Source: Sminthopsis crassicaudata
Lineage: Eukaryota
NCBI RefSeq assembly: GCF_048593235.1
Contig: NC_133619.1
Location: 636,842,558 to 636,906,557 of the forward strand
Direction of reading: 5' to 3'
Length of the DNA: 64,000 nucleotides
The notes under the pieces are model-generated. The model made no database searches. It was not told the origin of the DNA and saw only the letters and a program-made list of their open reading frames with translations. Within the stretch, counting starts at the first letter, position 1. Every line of letters starts with the position of its first letter. Shown here piece by piece: positions 48,556 through 60,500 of this stretch. The translations under genes and the position numbers were made by a program.

Positions 48556-51500
48556 TCAGTTGAGGAAGCGGCGACAACGCTTGGCCCCACAGTTGCAGGG
48601 CAGCTTGTTGCTGGCGTCCTCAATGGGGAACTTGTAGTCGTAGGTGAGCTCCTCCCCCCGGAGGATGCGCCGGAGGGCAAAGATCACGATGTGCTTCTGG
48701 CCCTCCACGTGGATCACTCGGGAGAAGCAGTTGGGCTCGCAAGAGTGGTTGATGAAGCGTGCCGCGTTGCCATGCATGGTGGCGTCCACCACGTCAAAGT
48801 CGTCCATGCGGAACATGTAGCACCCGATTCCCTGCCGAGAGGGGTCGGCCCGGGGTGAGCTCGGCCCACGAGAGCCCCCAGCCCGGCCGGCCCACCGGGC
48901 CCCTCACCCACCTTGCCGTCGTAGAACTTCTCGCGCTTGTCGGTGAGCACCGAGCGGATCACGATGCCCGAGTACTCGATGACCATCTCACCGGCGTCGA
49001 TGTTGCGCTTACAGAACAGGCCCCGGCCGTGGATGGCCGACCTGCGAGACAGGGCACCGCTTAATTGTGGGGCATGCCCCCGGCCCGGTCACCCATAGAA
49101 GCTACCAGTCCCCCCCCTCACCTGTAGACCCCCACGGCCTCTTTGGACGTCTTCTTGAGGTGTCGGAAGCGCATGGCCATGGGCAGCTCCAAACTGGTGG
49201 CACGCCTAGGGCAGGAAAAGAGGCAGCTGCCTGCTCCAGGCCCATCCCTGTTTTTTCTTTTTCTTTCTGTTGGGTGCCCCCCACCCCCACCCAGACCACC
49301 TTCCCCCACCCCATACCTGGTGGACCTGAGCTGCACCTCGTCCTCCTCCTCGTCACAGGCGGCCCCCTCGGGCAGCACGCGATGCTGGGACGCCAGGAAG
49401 TTGAACATGTCGAAGGTGCATTTCCTGAGGATACAGGATCCATGCTGAGCAGGGGCTGCTCCCCAGCCCTGGGGTCAGGGGTCACCTCCCCAGAGGGCCT
49501 AGAGGCCTCCCCACTCACCGGAGGTAGACTTCAGCACGGGCGGCTCCGTGGGGGTTCAGGGGGGGCTCTTCCTGCCCCTCCCCCTGCTGGTGGTATCGGA
49601 ACTTGTAGTGATGGCAGCGCTGGGCGCCAGGCAGCTGCTCCGCCAGGAAGATCACGGCGTCGTGGTGAATGCCCAAGAGCCGTGCGCCGCTCATCCCTGG
49701 GCCACAGAGGGAGGGCGAGGAAGGGTGTCATGGGGGCTCCCTTGGCTCTATCCCCCCCACCCCTCTCTGCCTCCCAGACCCCAGCTCACCACTGAAGGAG
49801 AGGTGCCTGAGCCGGGCGTGCCCTCGGGCCTCCTGGACTTTCTCAATCAAGGTGCGCCAGGCGCCTGCCGGGAAGGGTCAATTAGCACCCAGGCCCGGCC
49901 CCGCCCAGACCCCCAGGTCCCCAGCACCCTTTGCTCACCCTCCAGGCTCTCTGCTTCCACACTGAAGCCATCTTCGCTGCTGATCTCAAAGCGAAGGTGG
50001 GGGCCCGCCCGCCGGGGCCCCTGGTTCTCCTTGTCTTCGGGAGATGGAGGATCGTCCTCTGAACTCGACGCCTCACCTGCCAGTGCAAGGGAGGCGCTGG
50101 TGACGGCATCCTGCATGGACCGCAGCTCCCCCTCCAAAAGCCTTGCCGCTCCTAGCCTGCTCCCTTCCAGCAGACCCCGGGGCTGGCCGGCGCCCTACCT
50201 GAGTAGTGGTGCCACTGGGGCTCAAGCAGCAGGTCGGGGGGCCCTTCGGAGACCTTGGGGAAGCTGCAGTCCGGCAGCGGGAGCAACGGGGGCCGGTCAG
50301 GGAGGATCCTGGGGAGAGGAAGAGGCTGGTCAGGGCCCACAGGGATAGAGGCCGGGATGCATGGGGTTGAAGGCAGGCGGCACTCACGTGGGACTCTCCC
50401 CCCTGCTTGGCTCCCCGGGGGCGTCCAGGTCGAGGATCCCCCGTACGGTGGGTGTTTTCATGCGTACTCGGCTCAGTCTGGTAGGAAAGAAGGAGCGCAT
50501 TTGAAGAAAAGAACCCGCCCTCAGCCTGTGGCTCCCTCCCCCACCCAAGTTCCTTCTTGCCTCCGTCCACTCACCCACTGCCCAAGGTCCCCACTGGTTG
50601 GGGGGCATTCTCGAGGGAATCCCCCTCCCCATCCAGCCGGGGGGCCTTGTTTGGGGGGGGTGCCGAGGGACTGCGGCCAGCAAAGGTTGACACCCTCTTG
50701 ACTCGAATGGCCGGGCGGGGGGGGCTGGGGGGCCCGCTGCTCAGCACCAGGGTCAGCGATGGGGGGGGTGGGGGTGGGGGGCGCACCACCCCCACCACAG
50801 GCAGCACACTCAGCAAGGGCCCAGGGGCGAGACCCCAGGCCGGGCTGGCAGTCGGAGGAGTTGGCGGGGGCCGTTTGGGCAGAGGTGGGGCCGGATCGCT
50901 CTCCCCTGCCATTTTCACAAACACCTGGCCCAGTTTGTTAACGAGAATGATCTTGGAGGCAGCAGTTTTGGGGGGCTCGGGGGCGGGGCTGAGGCTGAGG
51001 ACTCGGACTCCGGGAGCCCCGGGAAGCCAGGCAAACGTCCGTGGGGGGTCGACTGGGGCGGGAAGCGGGGCCGGGGGGGCCTGGCTGCCGTTGGCCAGGG
51101 AGGGTGGCGGCAGGGGGGGTTCTTCGCCGGGGCCGGCCCCACCCTCACCAGCTCCACCTAGGTTCTTGAGTACAAACTCCACAATCTCTGAAGGGAGGTC
51201 CTCAGGGGGCCTTGCTCCATCCCCTCCGCCCCCCCCACCCCCTACCCCCCCCACTCCTGGCCCCGAAGCGGGGGCTTCTTGGCCCCGCGGCTGCTGGACG
51301 GCCTCAGCTTCACTGTCTGTGCCGTCATCCACTCCGTCCAGCTGTTCGATTCGGGGGGTTCCAAGTAGGGAACCAGGGGGTGGGGCGGGGCCAGGCACCA
51401 CAGTGGGGGGGAAGTGAATGTAGTGGGTAGGGGGGCCGGCCTCCTCCTCTGAGCTATCCCCCGGCCCCCCCCGGCTACTTCCCCCAGCCCCCTCTGCCAC

Positions 51501-54500
51501 AATCTCCTCCTCCTGGAAGGGCTCGGACCCCAGCAGGCTGGCCGCAAAGTCCAAGTCGGCCGCGCTCAGCCCCGGCACCACCTCCATGTCCTCAAAGTCA
51601 GGGCCCAAGTCCTCAGGAGGAGGGGGGGGGGAGGCGGCTAGGCTGGGGGGAGCCAGCTCCCCTGAGGTAGGCATGAGGGCCTCGAGGGCTGAGGTAGGAG
51701 GGGGCACCCTGAGCTGAGGAGCGGGCCGGGGGGGCGGGGAGGCCCGTCTGGGCGGCAGCCGGGACGCCAGGGGGCTGGGACGGCGGGAACGTCTTGGGGG
51801 AGCCGGGAAGTCAGGATCCCCGACCGTTGGGATGTGGTGGGACAGAGATGATGGACTTCCTGGAAGGGAAGAGACCATGGGACCGCTGACCCTCCTGTCC
51901 CCATGCTCCCGGGGGCTGGGCGACTCTCCCATCCCCATGCTCCCGGGGGCCGCCCACCCTATCAGCCGTGGCATTCATACTCACCGGGGGAGGGCAGCGG
52001 CCAGCAGGAGACGCCTCCCAGGGGCCTTCGGGAAGGGGAGTAGTTGGGCACTTTGATTCTGGCCCCTGAGACAGACCGCGGGGCTGGGGAGGGGGCGACG
52101 CTTGGCTCTGGAGGAGGGGGTAAGGGGCCCGTGCTCTGGGCAGGGGAGTAGCGCTCAGGACCCTGGCAAAGGGTATCAGGCCCTGGTTGGGAGGGCTCGG
52201 CTCCCAGCAGCTCTGAAATCACATGACACACAACATCAGGGGAAGGGAAAGGTGTCCTCATGGTAGCCATTAACCTGTGGCACTCCCTTCCCCACAGCAT
52301 CTCTTTTCTTCTCCCCCTTCAGAACCCAAGGGGTTCAGAACATAGCTCTGGCGCTCAGACACCTCTGGGCCCCCCCAAGCCCAAGGCTCCCCAACAGCAC
52401 TCAGCGGTTCCTTGGAGGCCTCAGCCCGGCCCCCACTGCCAGGGCCTCCACTCGGACTGGCCAATTACAGCCTGTCTTTCTCCCGCCCTCCCCATTTCCA
52501 GCTCTGAGGCTTCCAATGCCGGCCTCTGCCCCCTACAGACCCCTCTGTCTCTGACCCCTCTCACTCGACCACAACCACCTTCCCTAAGGCACGAGACATA
52601 CCGGCCGTCTCTGCCTCTTCTGGCTCCATAAAGTTCCAGGCTTCCCACTGAACCACATTGGCCCAGCCCGCCCCTGGCAGACATTACAGCCTCTTCCCCT
52701 TTACCAGTCTCTGTCCTAGCCCCGAAGTCCAAGACCCAGCTCAAGGCCCACCCCTCTTTCGTCAAGCCTTCTGCAAGGACCTATAACCCCGGCCCCCCGA
52801 CACCATAGACTGTCAGGAGGCAAACAGCCCGGCGTCCCACCCCCAATGGCTACCACGGAGCTGGACCCGGAGCCGAGCGGGGGACGGGTGGCTGCAGAAG
52901 ACGGGAGGCGGCCCGTCCTTAACGGCAGAGGGCAGGGCATACCCGTGGTGGGGATGGGGCTGTGCACGATGGTCCGGTTCTCCTCCGCTGCCCCAATGTG
53001 GTCAGGCTCTTCCCGAGAGCCCCGGGGTCGATACTCGAGGATCCGGCACCGATACCAGCAGCGCCGCCGGGCGTCCACCGTGCTCCAGTACAGACGTGAG
53101 CACCTGAAAGGTGAGGAAGAGAAGTGACCGAGAGGGCTTAGGACCGGCTCCCGATGCCCCTCCCTCCCATACCCCCAGCGGTTCGGGCCTCTCACTGGTA
53201 GCCAATGGGAAAGAGTCTCCCCTCGCAGTCCGACAGGTCAGAGAGCGTCCCCAGAGAATCGATGCGGATAGAGCCTGTGGGAAGAGCGCAGTGGGGTGAC
53301 CGTCGGGAAGGAGCTGAGGTGCGCAGTGTCACGAGGGGACAGGGAAAGCACGGGTAGGAAAGGGAGGGTGTGGGGGTCTCACCAATGAGCACATTGATGG
53401 CATCTGGCTCCAAACCCGTCAAAAACTTTCGCTTGAAACTGATGCCCTCGAAATCAACATAAACGCGGCGCAGAACGTCAAAGCCATCGGGAGTCACAAT
53501 CTCCTAGGGGGGAGAAAGGCGTCAGCAAGCTTCGCGTTCCCCCCCTGAAGCACCCTGGGTAGCTGGCCAAGGGTCTGGGGGGGAGGGAGGGGGTGGCAAT
53601 GGGGCTGGGGGCAATTAGAGAGCACAGGGTCGCAGAATGCAATGGAAGGGTGAGACTCGGAGAGGACCGGGTCAGCTCAGGGGAGAGGGAAGGGAGAAAG
53701 CCCCGGGAGGGATACAGCCAGCGTGCCCCACCCCTGAAGGCCACAGCCCCACCTTGCCATCCAGGAGGTCCGTGTGTTTTTGGCAAAAAACCTTCTTGTC
53801 ATCCTGGAAGATGCAGCAGCTGGCGCGGGCACACATGAAGTGGAAATTGCTAAGGCAGGAGGACAAGCAGCAGCCCACGGTGGCCCCAGGCTTCAGGCAC
53901 AGCTCACACCTCTGGGGAGACAGTGGGGATCATGGACACCTCGGGACATTCTCCTCCCAGGCCCCTTGGCCACAAACCCCTCCCCAGTCAGTCAGAACCC
54001 CGGCTTCAAGGCGATCTCTGAGGGCGGTGGGCAAAGCCAAACAAGCGTTTTCCTTTTAAACCTGATGGTGACCCCAAGGAATAGGAACCTTGGGTGGGAT
54101 TTCCAGTTTTGTTTCTGGACTAGGTGAAAGGCTGGCGCTACCATGGCGGCCGCCAGGGTGCCCAAGCCTGCCGCGGCCCCGGCCCTCACCATCTGCCGGC
54201 CGCGGGCCACGGCGGCGTGAACGTTCTTGAGGGAGCCATCGTTCTCCTCAAACACTTCTGCTGACCAGATGGCACAGTTGACATGCGTCCACTCGTTCTG
54301 TCCGATGTACAGGAGCCTTCCAGCCTCCTGGTTGGGGGGCAGTGGAAAGAAAGAAGAGAGGAGAAGACCCAGAGGAGGAGGGTCCTGAGTGAGGATCCCA
54401 GGGTGGGCTGGGGGCTGAGCAATGCCCACCCACAGAGCCACCTCTTACCTTGGAGTCGGCGTCCCCATACTTGAGGCAGAGCGCACACTGACGAGGGTCC

Positions 54501-57500
54501 TCCAGGTGGGACTCCAAAGCGGGCTCCTTTGTCGGCGTGGCTGCTGAGTGAAGAAAAATTGTCAGGGCCGCAGCTCCAGCCTCCTGGCCAAGCCCCTCAC
54601 CCACCTCTGGACCCCAGGGGGTCTCTCCCAGCCTCTACCTGGGATGGCACCCCCCACAGGGGGATGGCCGGGCACCGGTGCCTCAGACTCTTGTTGTCTC
54701 CACTGAGCATAGATGTGATCCGCTGAGGGTGGCAGGACGGCGTTGGGCAGGACGCCACTGCACAAAGGAGGGGAAACAGACAGTCAGCGCCTGGGGAAAC
54801 GCTCCTATGGGGCGGCCCTTGCCTCCCCCCTGGGCCTCAAAGCCCTGCTTACTTGGGCAGCCGGGTATTCCGTCTCCAGTACTTGGGATCATGGGCATCG
54901 AACCAACTGAAGGCAGACTCCAAGAGCTAAGGAAAGACAAAGGTGGGGGGCGGGGGCGTCAGTAAGGCGACCCGAGCAGGCGGATGGAGTGCTGGAGCTC
55001 CTCCCTACTCCCCCCCTTGACCCCCCTCACCTTCAGAAGGAGCCCTTTGGCCTGCCCCACAGCCCGACGCTCAGGGGCATCTCCTTCCTCCATGTGTCTC
55101 ATCAGGATCCCGACCACGTCTTCCATGAAGCTGTGCTGTAAGGAGGAGGAGGGAGTTGTTAGGGAAGGTCCCTCCTTTAGTCCTTCATCATCCCGAATCC
55201 CCCAGACCCCTTTGGCCCACTCTGGGCAGGCCCACAAACCCCATACCACAGAGCTGTAGTGCCCGTCTTCAAAGAGCTGGCTCACGGCCCGGAGGTCACA
55301 GGGTCCTCGGTGCAACTGCTCCCCGTCCTGTCCACACTGCAGCGGTACAAGAAGTGAGCACTTCCCCACAGGGGTCCTCTTACCCCACCCCAAGAGAAGC
55401 CCCCCCCCCATACCTGGGTGCACTGCAGCAGAGGTCCAGTCACCTTGGAGCTCAGTAGCCCTTGCAGAACCTGGTGCAGCCCGCCCCGAAGAGCCCCCTC
55501 CAAGGCTTCTCGCCATCGGGGAGGGGCCGTCCCGGCACACGGGCCACACGTATATAGCACCGAGTCTGGCAGCCCAGACAGAATCTCGTAGCCCTCGTCT
55601 GAAAGCGGTAAGGAAGGACAAAAGGGTCAGGGAAAAGCCCAGAGCCCATGGCTCCTGGTAGCCCTGAGAGAACCTCAGGAGGCTGGGGGAAGCCTGTGCC
55701 CAGGGAGCTCACCCTGAAGGGAAGGGGACTGGGGACCATCAGAAAGAGCAGGGCTGGTGTCCCACCTACCTGAGAGGCCCTCGCACTTGGCGTGCACCCA
55801 GTGGTCACACTGTGCACACTGCATCATCTTGCTCTCGTAGTCATTATCCTCATAGCAGCGGGTACAAATTGGACAAAAGTTTCCTGTGGGAAGAGATGGA
55901 GGTTTGGAAGGAACCCTCTCTTCCCACAAGGTCCGGGCACCTCCTCTTCCGGTGGGTCCCCCACCCCCAGAGGCCCTCTACCTTTCTCATAAAGCTGGGT
56001 ACAGCCCGGGCAAAGACTACAATCCCCCGACCACTCGGTGTCCCAGTTCTTCCCTGGAGCCGCTCCACAACTTTTACAGCGGACACAGGCCGAGCAGATC
56101 TGAGGAGAGGAGGAAGTCGGTTTTAGGCCGGCCCAACAGCATGGTCCGAAACAAGCGGCCAAAACACGGGAGTGACGGGGCCCAGACATCTCACCCAGTG
56201 ACGCCTTTTACGTGTAGCCCGGGTCGGGTAGCTGGGCCCCAAACAGGCAGGGTGGTAGGCGTGGCGGCAGCGCTCACACTCCAAGAGGTGCTGTCGTTGT
56301 TTAAGACGAGAAGAAAGGTCATGTTCCTGGGATCTGGCCACCAACCCCCCCAACCCCCATTCCCCGGTGCCTGTCATCGCACCTTGGTGCTCCGGCCCTT
56401 ACGCCCACAGACATGGCAGAACTTGCACCGACGGCAGCACCAGGTGTCGTGGTGCTGGGGCAGCGGCCGTTCCGCCTCCTCCAGGCAGAAAGGGTGGAAA
56501 GGATCGCAGCAGACCTGGCAGAACACCAGCTGGGGAGAGAAAAGACCGTGTGGCCATTGTCCTGGGAGACTGGGGTGGCAGAGGGGGTGCCGGGGGAATG
56601 AGGAAAGGGAAGTAGGAGAGCAAGGTTATGCTTGGGAGGGGCGGTGGCCTCGGAGGGGCCGGGGTGGTCTCAGACCTCATGTAAGCCTTTGCTGGCACAT
56701 AGCAGACACACGAGGGGGGGACCCCCAGGCACAGAAGTAAGCACGCTCAGACCACCCATCAGCCACACGTTTTCCAGGTCACAGTCCTCCTGGAAGGAGG
56801 AAGGGGTGATTGCAATCAGAGGCGGCGAGACGTTTCCTTTCCCCCCCATCCCCCCCAACTCCTTCTGGCGCTCTCCCTATAAAACCCTGGGAGCCTTTCA
56901 CCTCAGCATCTTGTTTCAGAACCCTCTCCCCCCTGCCCCCATCCACTTGTGCTTCTCATTCCAAAGTCCAAGGCCTGAACTTCCTGCCCCTCCACCTCCC
57001 CCAAACCCCACGCTCAGCATAAGGCCCGTCCGGCGCCTGCATCTCGGACCCTCACCCAAACACTCTACCTTGAAATCCACGCGGACTCGGTGGATGCCAT
57101 CGGGAGATTTTTGCTTTCCAGTCCAGCCATTGGGGAAGGAGGCGAAGGGTCCGGGACCAGAAGTGTCCTGGGGAGGGGGGTGGGAGGGAGATGGGCCTGG
57201 AGGCAAGGCAAGGACAGCCAGGGTGGGGGGAGGGGATCCTGGCTGCACCCTCTTTTTTCCATCCTAGCTCCCTAACCCTCCTCCCCAAACTAGAGTAGTG
57301 TGGGTACTCCTGAGCTCCCTCTGTATTTTCTTCAGAGCCCAGCTCAATGGTTCCCTTCCATCCCCCTCTAAACCATTCCTTTGGGTCCATAAGCATACAC
57401 TGGGAGGGGCTGCTGTGGCCCACTCCCGTCCTCCTCCCCCACAATAAGAACTGGGCCTGGGCCCCGTTCCCAGGGGACAGAGATAGGGCTGACCTTTTCC

Positions 57501-60500
57501 AGACGCCGCCGAGCCTTAAGCTGCACCACAGGCTGCAAGGTGGCCTTTCTGGGCCGGCTCTGCTCCTCCGGCTCCAACAGGGGCAGCTCTAGGGGAGGGA
57601 GGGTTAGGGTGAGACCTCCAGCCTGTTCCTCGCCCTCACACCTCACGTCCTTTCCAGGTATTTAGGAAAACCTGGTCATCTCACAGTTTGTGCTCTTTGC
57701 TCCCACTGAGTTAGAGAATGGGCCCACTCGACAGAACTACAGAACAAGCCCCTTCCCTGTGTTAAGAGCCCAGAAAAAAGTCCGTCCATTCAGTCAGGGA
57801 ATTATGAGAAACAGGGAAAGCCGGGGAGGATGACGGCCCTCACCGTTTTCTCGAGGGGCACGGCGGCGAGAAGCTGGAGGGACACCCGGGTCAGAGTCGT
57901 CTGAGTCTTCGAAAATGTCATAGGAAGGCCGCTGTTTGACGCAGCGCCGGGCTGATTTGCGCTGCAGAAGGGGATCCTGCTCCTCAGGGCCGGACGGGGC
58001 CACTGCCTCCTCCCGGGGCCCTCCGCCCGCTGACCCCCTTCGAGGCCCGGGAGGCCCAGGAGACGCCTCCAGGGATTCGTCGGAATCCCAGGGTAACAGG
58101 GTCTTCACCATTGTGCGGCCTGTGAGAGCGGGGCAATGGTGTGGGGTATAAGAAGCACGAGCATGGGGGTTGATGGCATGGAGAGAAACAATCAAAGAAG
58201 GAGGGATGAAGTAGAAGGGAAGTGGGAGAGGAAAGGAATGTGGAAATGAGAAAAAGATGGGGTTCAGAGAACAAAATAGGAAGGACGGAGAAGAATGGAG
58301 CTGGGGCAGGGGAGGCCTCCCCCCCACTCCAGCTCCCGCAGTCACAGCTCTGCCTAAAAGTATTTTGGGTCTGGGGGCCTTTTTGGGGGGGGGGGGGTCA
58401 GGTGAGGCCAGAGCCTTTCTTCTGGGGTCACATTACCTTTCTTGGCCAGGCGCTCCATCTTTCGGGCCTCAATCTTATCACACTTCCGGTACCTGGGAAG
58501 GGGAGCGGCCCATCACTGGGGGAGGGGACTAGAGATCAAGTGGGGAAGGGGAGGGCCAACTTCCGGGGGGCTCACACTGCCTTCTGAAGTGGCCGGCAGG
58601 ACCAGGCCTGCGTTAGGTGCTAAGATCCCTCAGGTAACACTTGGGCACAAAGGGCAGGAGCAGGGACCGCGGGTGATTCACAAAATGCTGGGGGCAGAGG
58701 GGGTCATTCACAAGCATCAGGGGGGTGGGACCCCAGGCAGAAAGGAGCAGCCTTACAGTAACTCACACACAGCACTGCTTTTTGGTGTTGGGACCTCCAA
58801 ACTTGGGTTTGTCCAGACAATTGACACAGGACCCACAGTCTTGCAGTCGCAGGCAGCCTCGGCAGCGGCCGCACCGTGCCATCCTCATCTTCTTGCCTTG
58901 GTGGGAGGGCAGGGAACGCCTCGGGGTGTGTGACAGGGTTCCCCCAGTCCCTGTGGACCCCGAGTTCCCCCCCAGGCCGGCTGGTTCCACCTTTCCCCTT
59001 CGGGAGCGTGACGGGATGCCCTCCGTCTCAGATGCTGAGGATGTATCTGCGGAGGTAGGAACGAGCGGCATCAGGCCTGGGAAATCTCTTCCTTGGCCTC
59101 AGGTTTTCTTCTCTGCTGAGGGGCACCCCGACCCCCAGCACCCTCTCACCGTCAGCCGCAAGGTCGTGCCGCTCCCGAAGGGGCAGGGCACTGAGCCGAG
59201 GGACGTCCTCGGGCACCATGGCCCGGGCTTGGCCCAGCGCTACGGCGGCGTGCCGACACACGTGTTTGATTCGAGGACCCTGCACCGGAGACTCGGGACC
59301 CTGCGGGACAAGCAGAAGACATGGATGGGCTCTCTCATCAGCTGGCTCTCCACCCCTTGGCCAAGTAACGGTTTTCTCCACCTTCCTTCCCCGAAGTCAG
59401 TCCCAGGTCGGCGCATACCGGGGGTCTCTCCTTCTTGGCTTCCAGGAACTCGTCCTCAGACTTGACCGCTCCTCTCTCAGGGCTCTGCTTGAGGGTCCTC
59501 ATGGCCTCTTCCACTTTCATTCCGGGGCTTGGCTGATGGGGAGGGGGTGAGATGGGGTCAGGGTGGGGAAACCATGGGCCTGAAGGTTGGGCGTAGGAAA
59601 GACCTGAAACCCTGAGCCTGAGAGGGGAGCCCGGGTGGGAGAGCAGGAGACAAGGAGCTCGAAGGGGAACAGGAAAGGAGGTCATCTCACCAGAACCAGG
59701 TGGGCCCCCTTCTGCTGGTGCTGCTGCTGATCGATCTTAAATAGCTGGACTTTCGCCTTCTTGAGAAGACTAAACATCTTCTCTTCTACTCCAGAGAGAG
59801 GAAGCGAAATCGTGCCCCGGGTACAGAGACTTGGCTCCTCAGGAGGAGGGGGCAGGGGCGCCTGCAGCTGCCCATTGCTAGGAGCCGGTGAACCTTGGGG
59901 GCCCTCGGCCTTGGTGGGGGTGGCTGCCGAAGGGCTGAAGCAGGGCAAGCTGAGGTGATTGGTTCGACTCCCCGTCCGTGCTTCGGGCTCTAAAATCGGT
60001 TCATCGGCTGGGGGAGGCTCTGGCTCAGGGGGGTCGGGGGCCCCAGGCAAGGGTGTGGCTAGCACAGATTCATAGATCTTCAGGTGGGCTTCACTGGGAG
60101 TGAACTGGGGAGCTCGAAGCAGAAGGGGCCTCCGGGATGGGGTCATGGGTGCCGGGGGAGGGGCTGGTGGAGGAGCTGGAGGCGGAGGAGGGGCTAGCTC
60201 CAAACTCAGTGAAGTCCATCGGAATGTGGGCTCCCTCAGGATAGAACGTCTCTTTTCAGGAAGAGGGGCTGGTGGGGGTGTTGGTGATTGAGGAGGTGGA
60301 GAAGGGGTAGGAGTAGGGGTAGGAGTAGGAGTGGGAATAGGGGTAGGGGTAGGAGTAGAAATAGGGGTAGGAGTAGGAGTAGGGGTAGCGGTAGGGGTAG
60401 GGGTAGGGGTAGGAACAGGGGTAGGAGGTGGAGGTGGAGCCGGAACCGGAGGTGGAGCCGGAACCGGAGCCGGAGCCAGAGAAGGAATGGGAGCAGGAGT

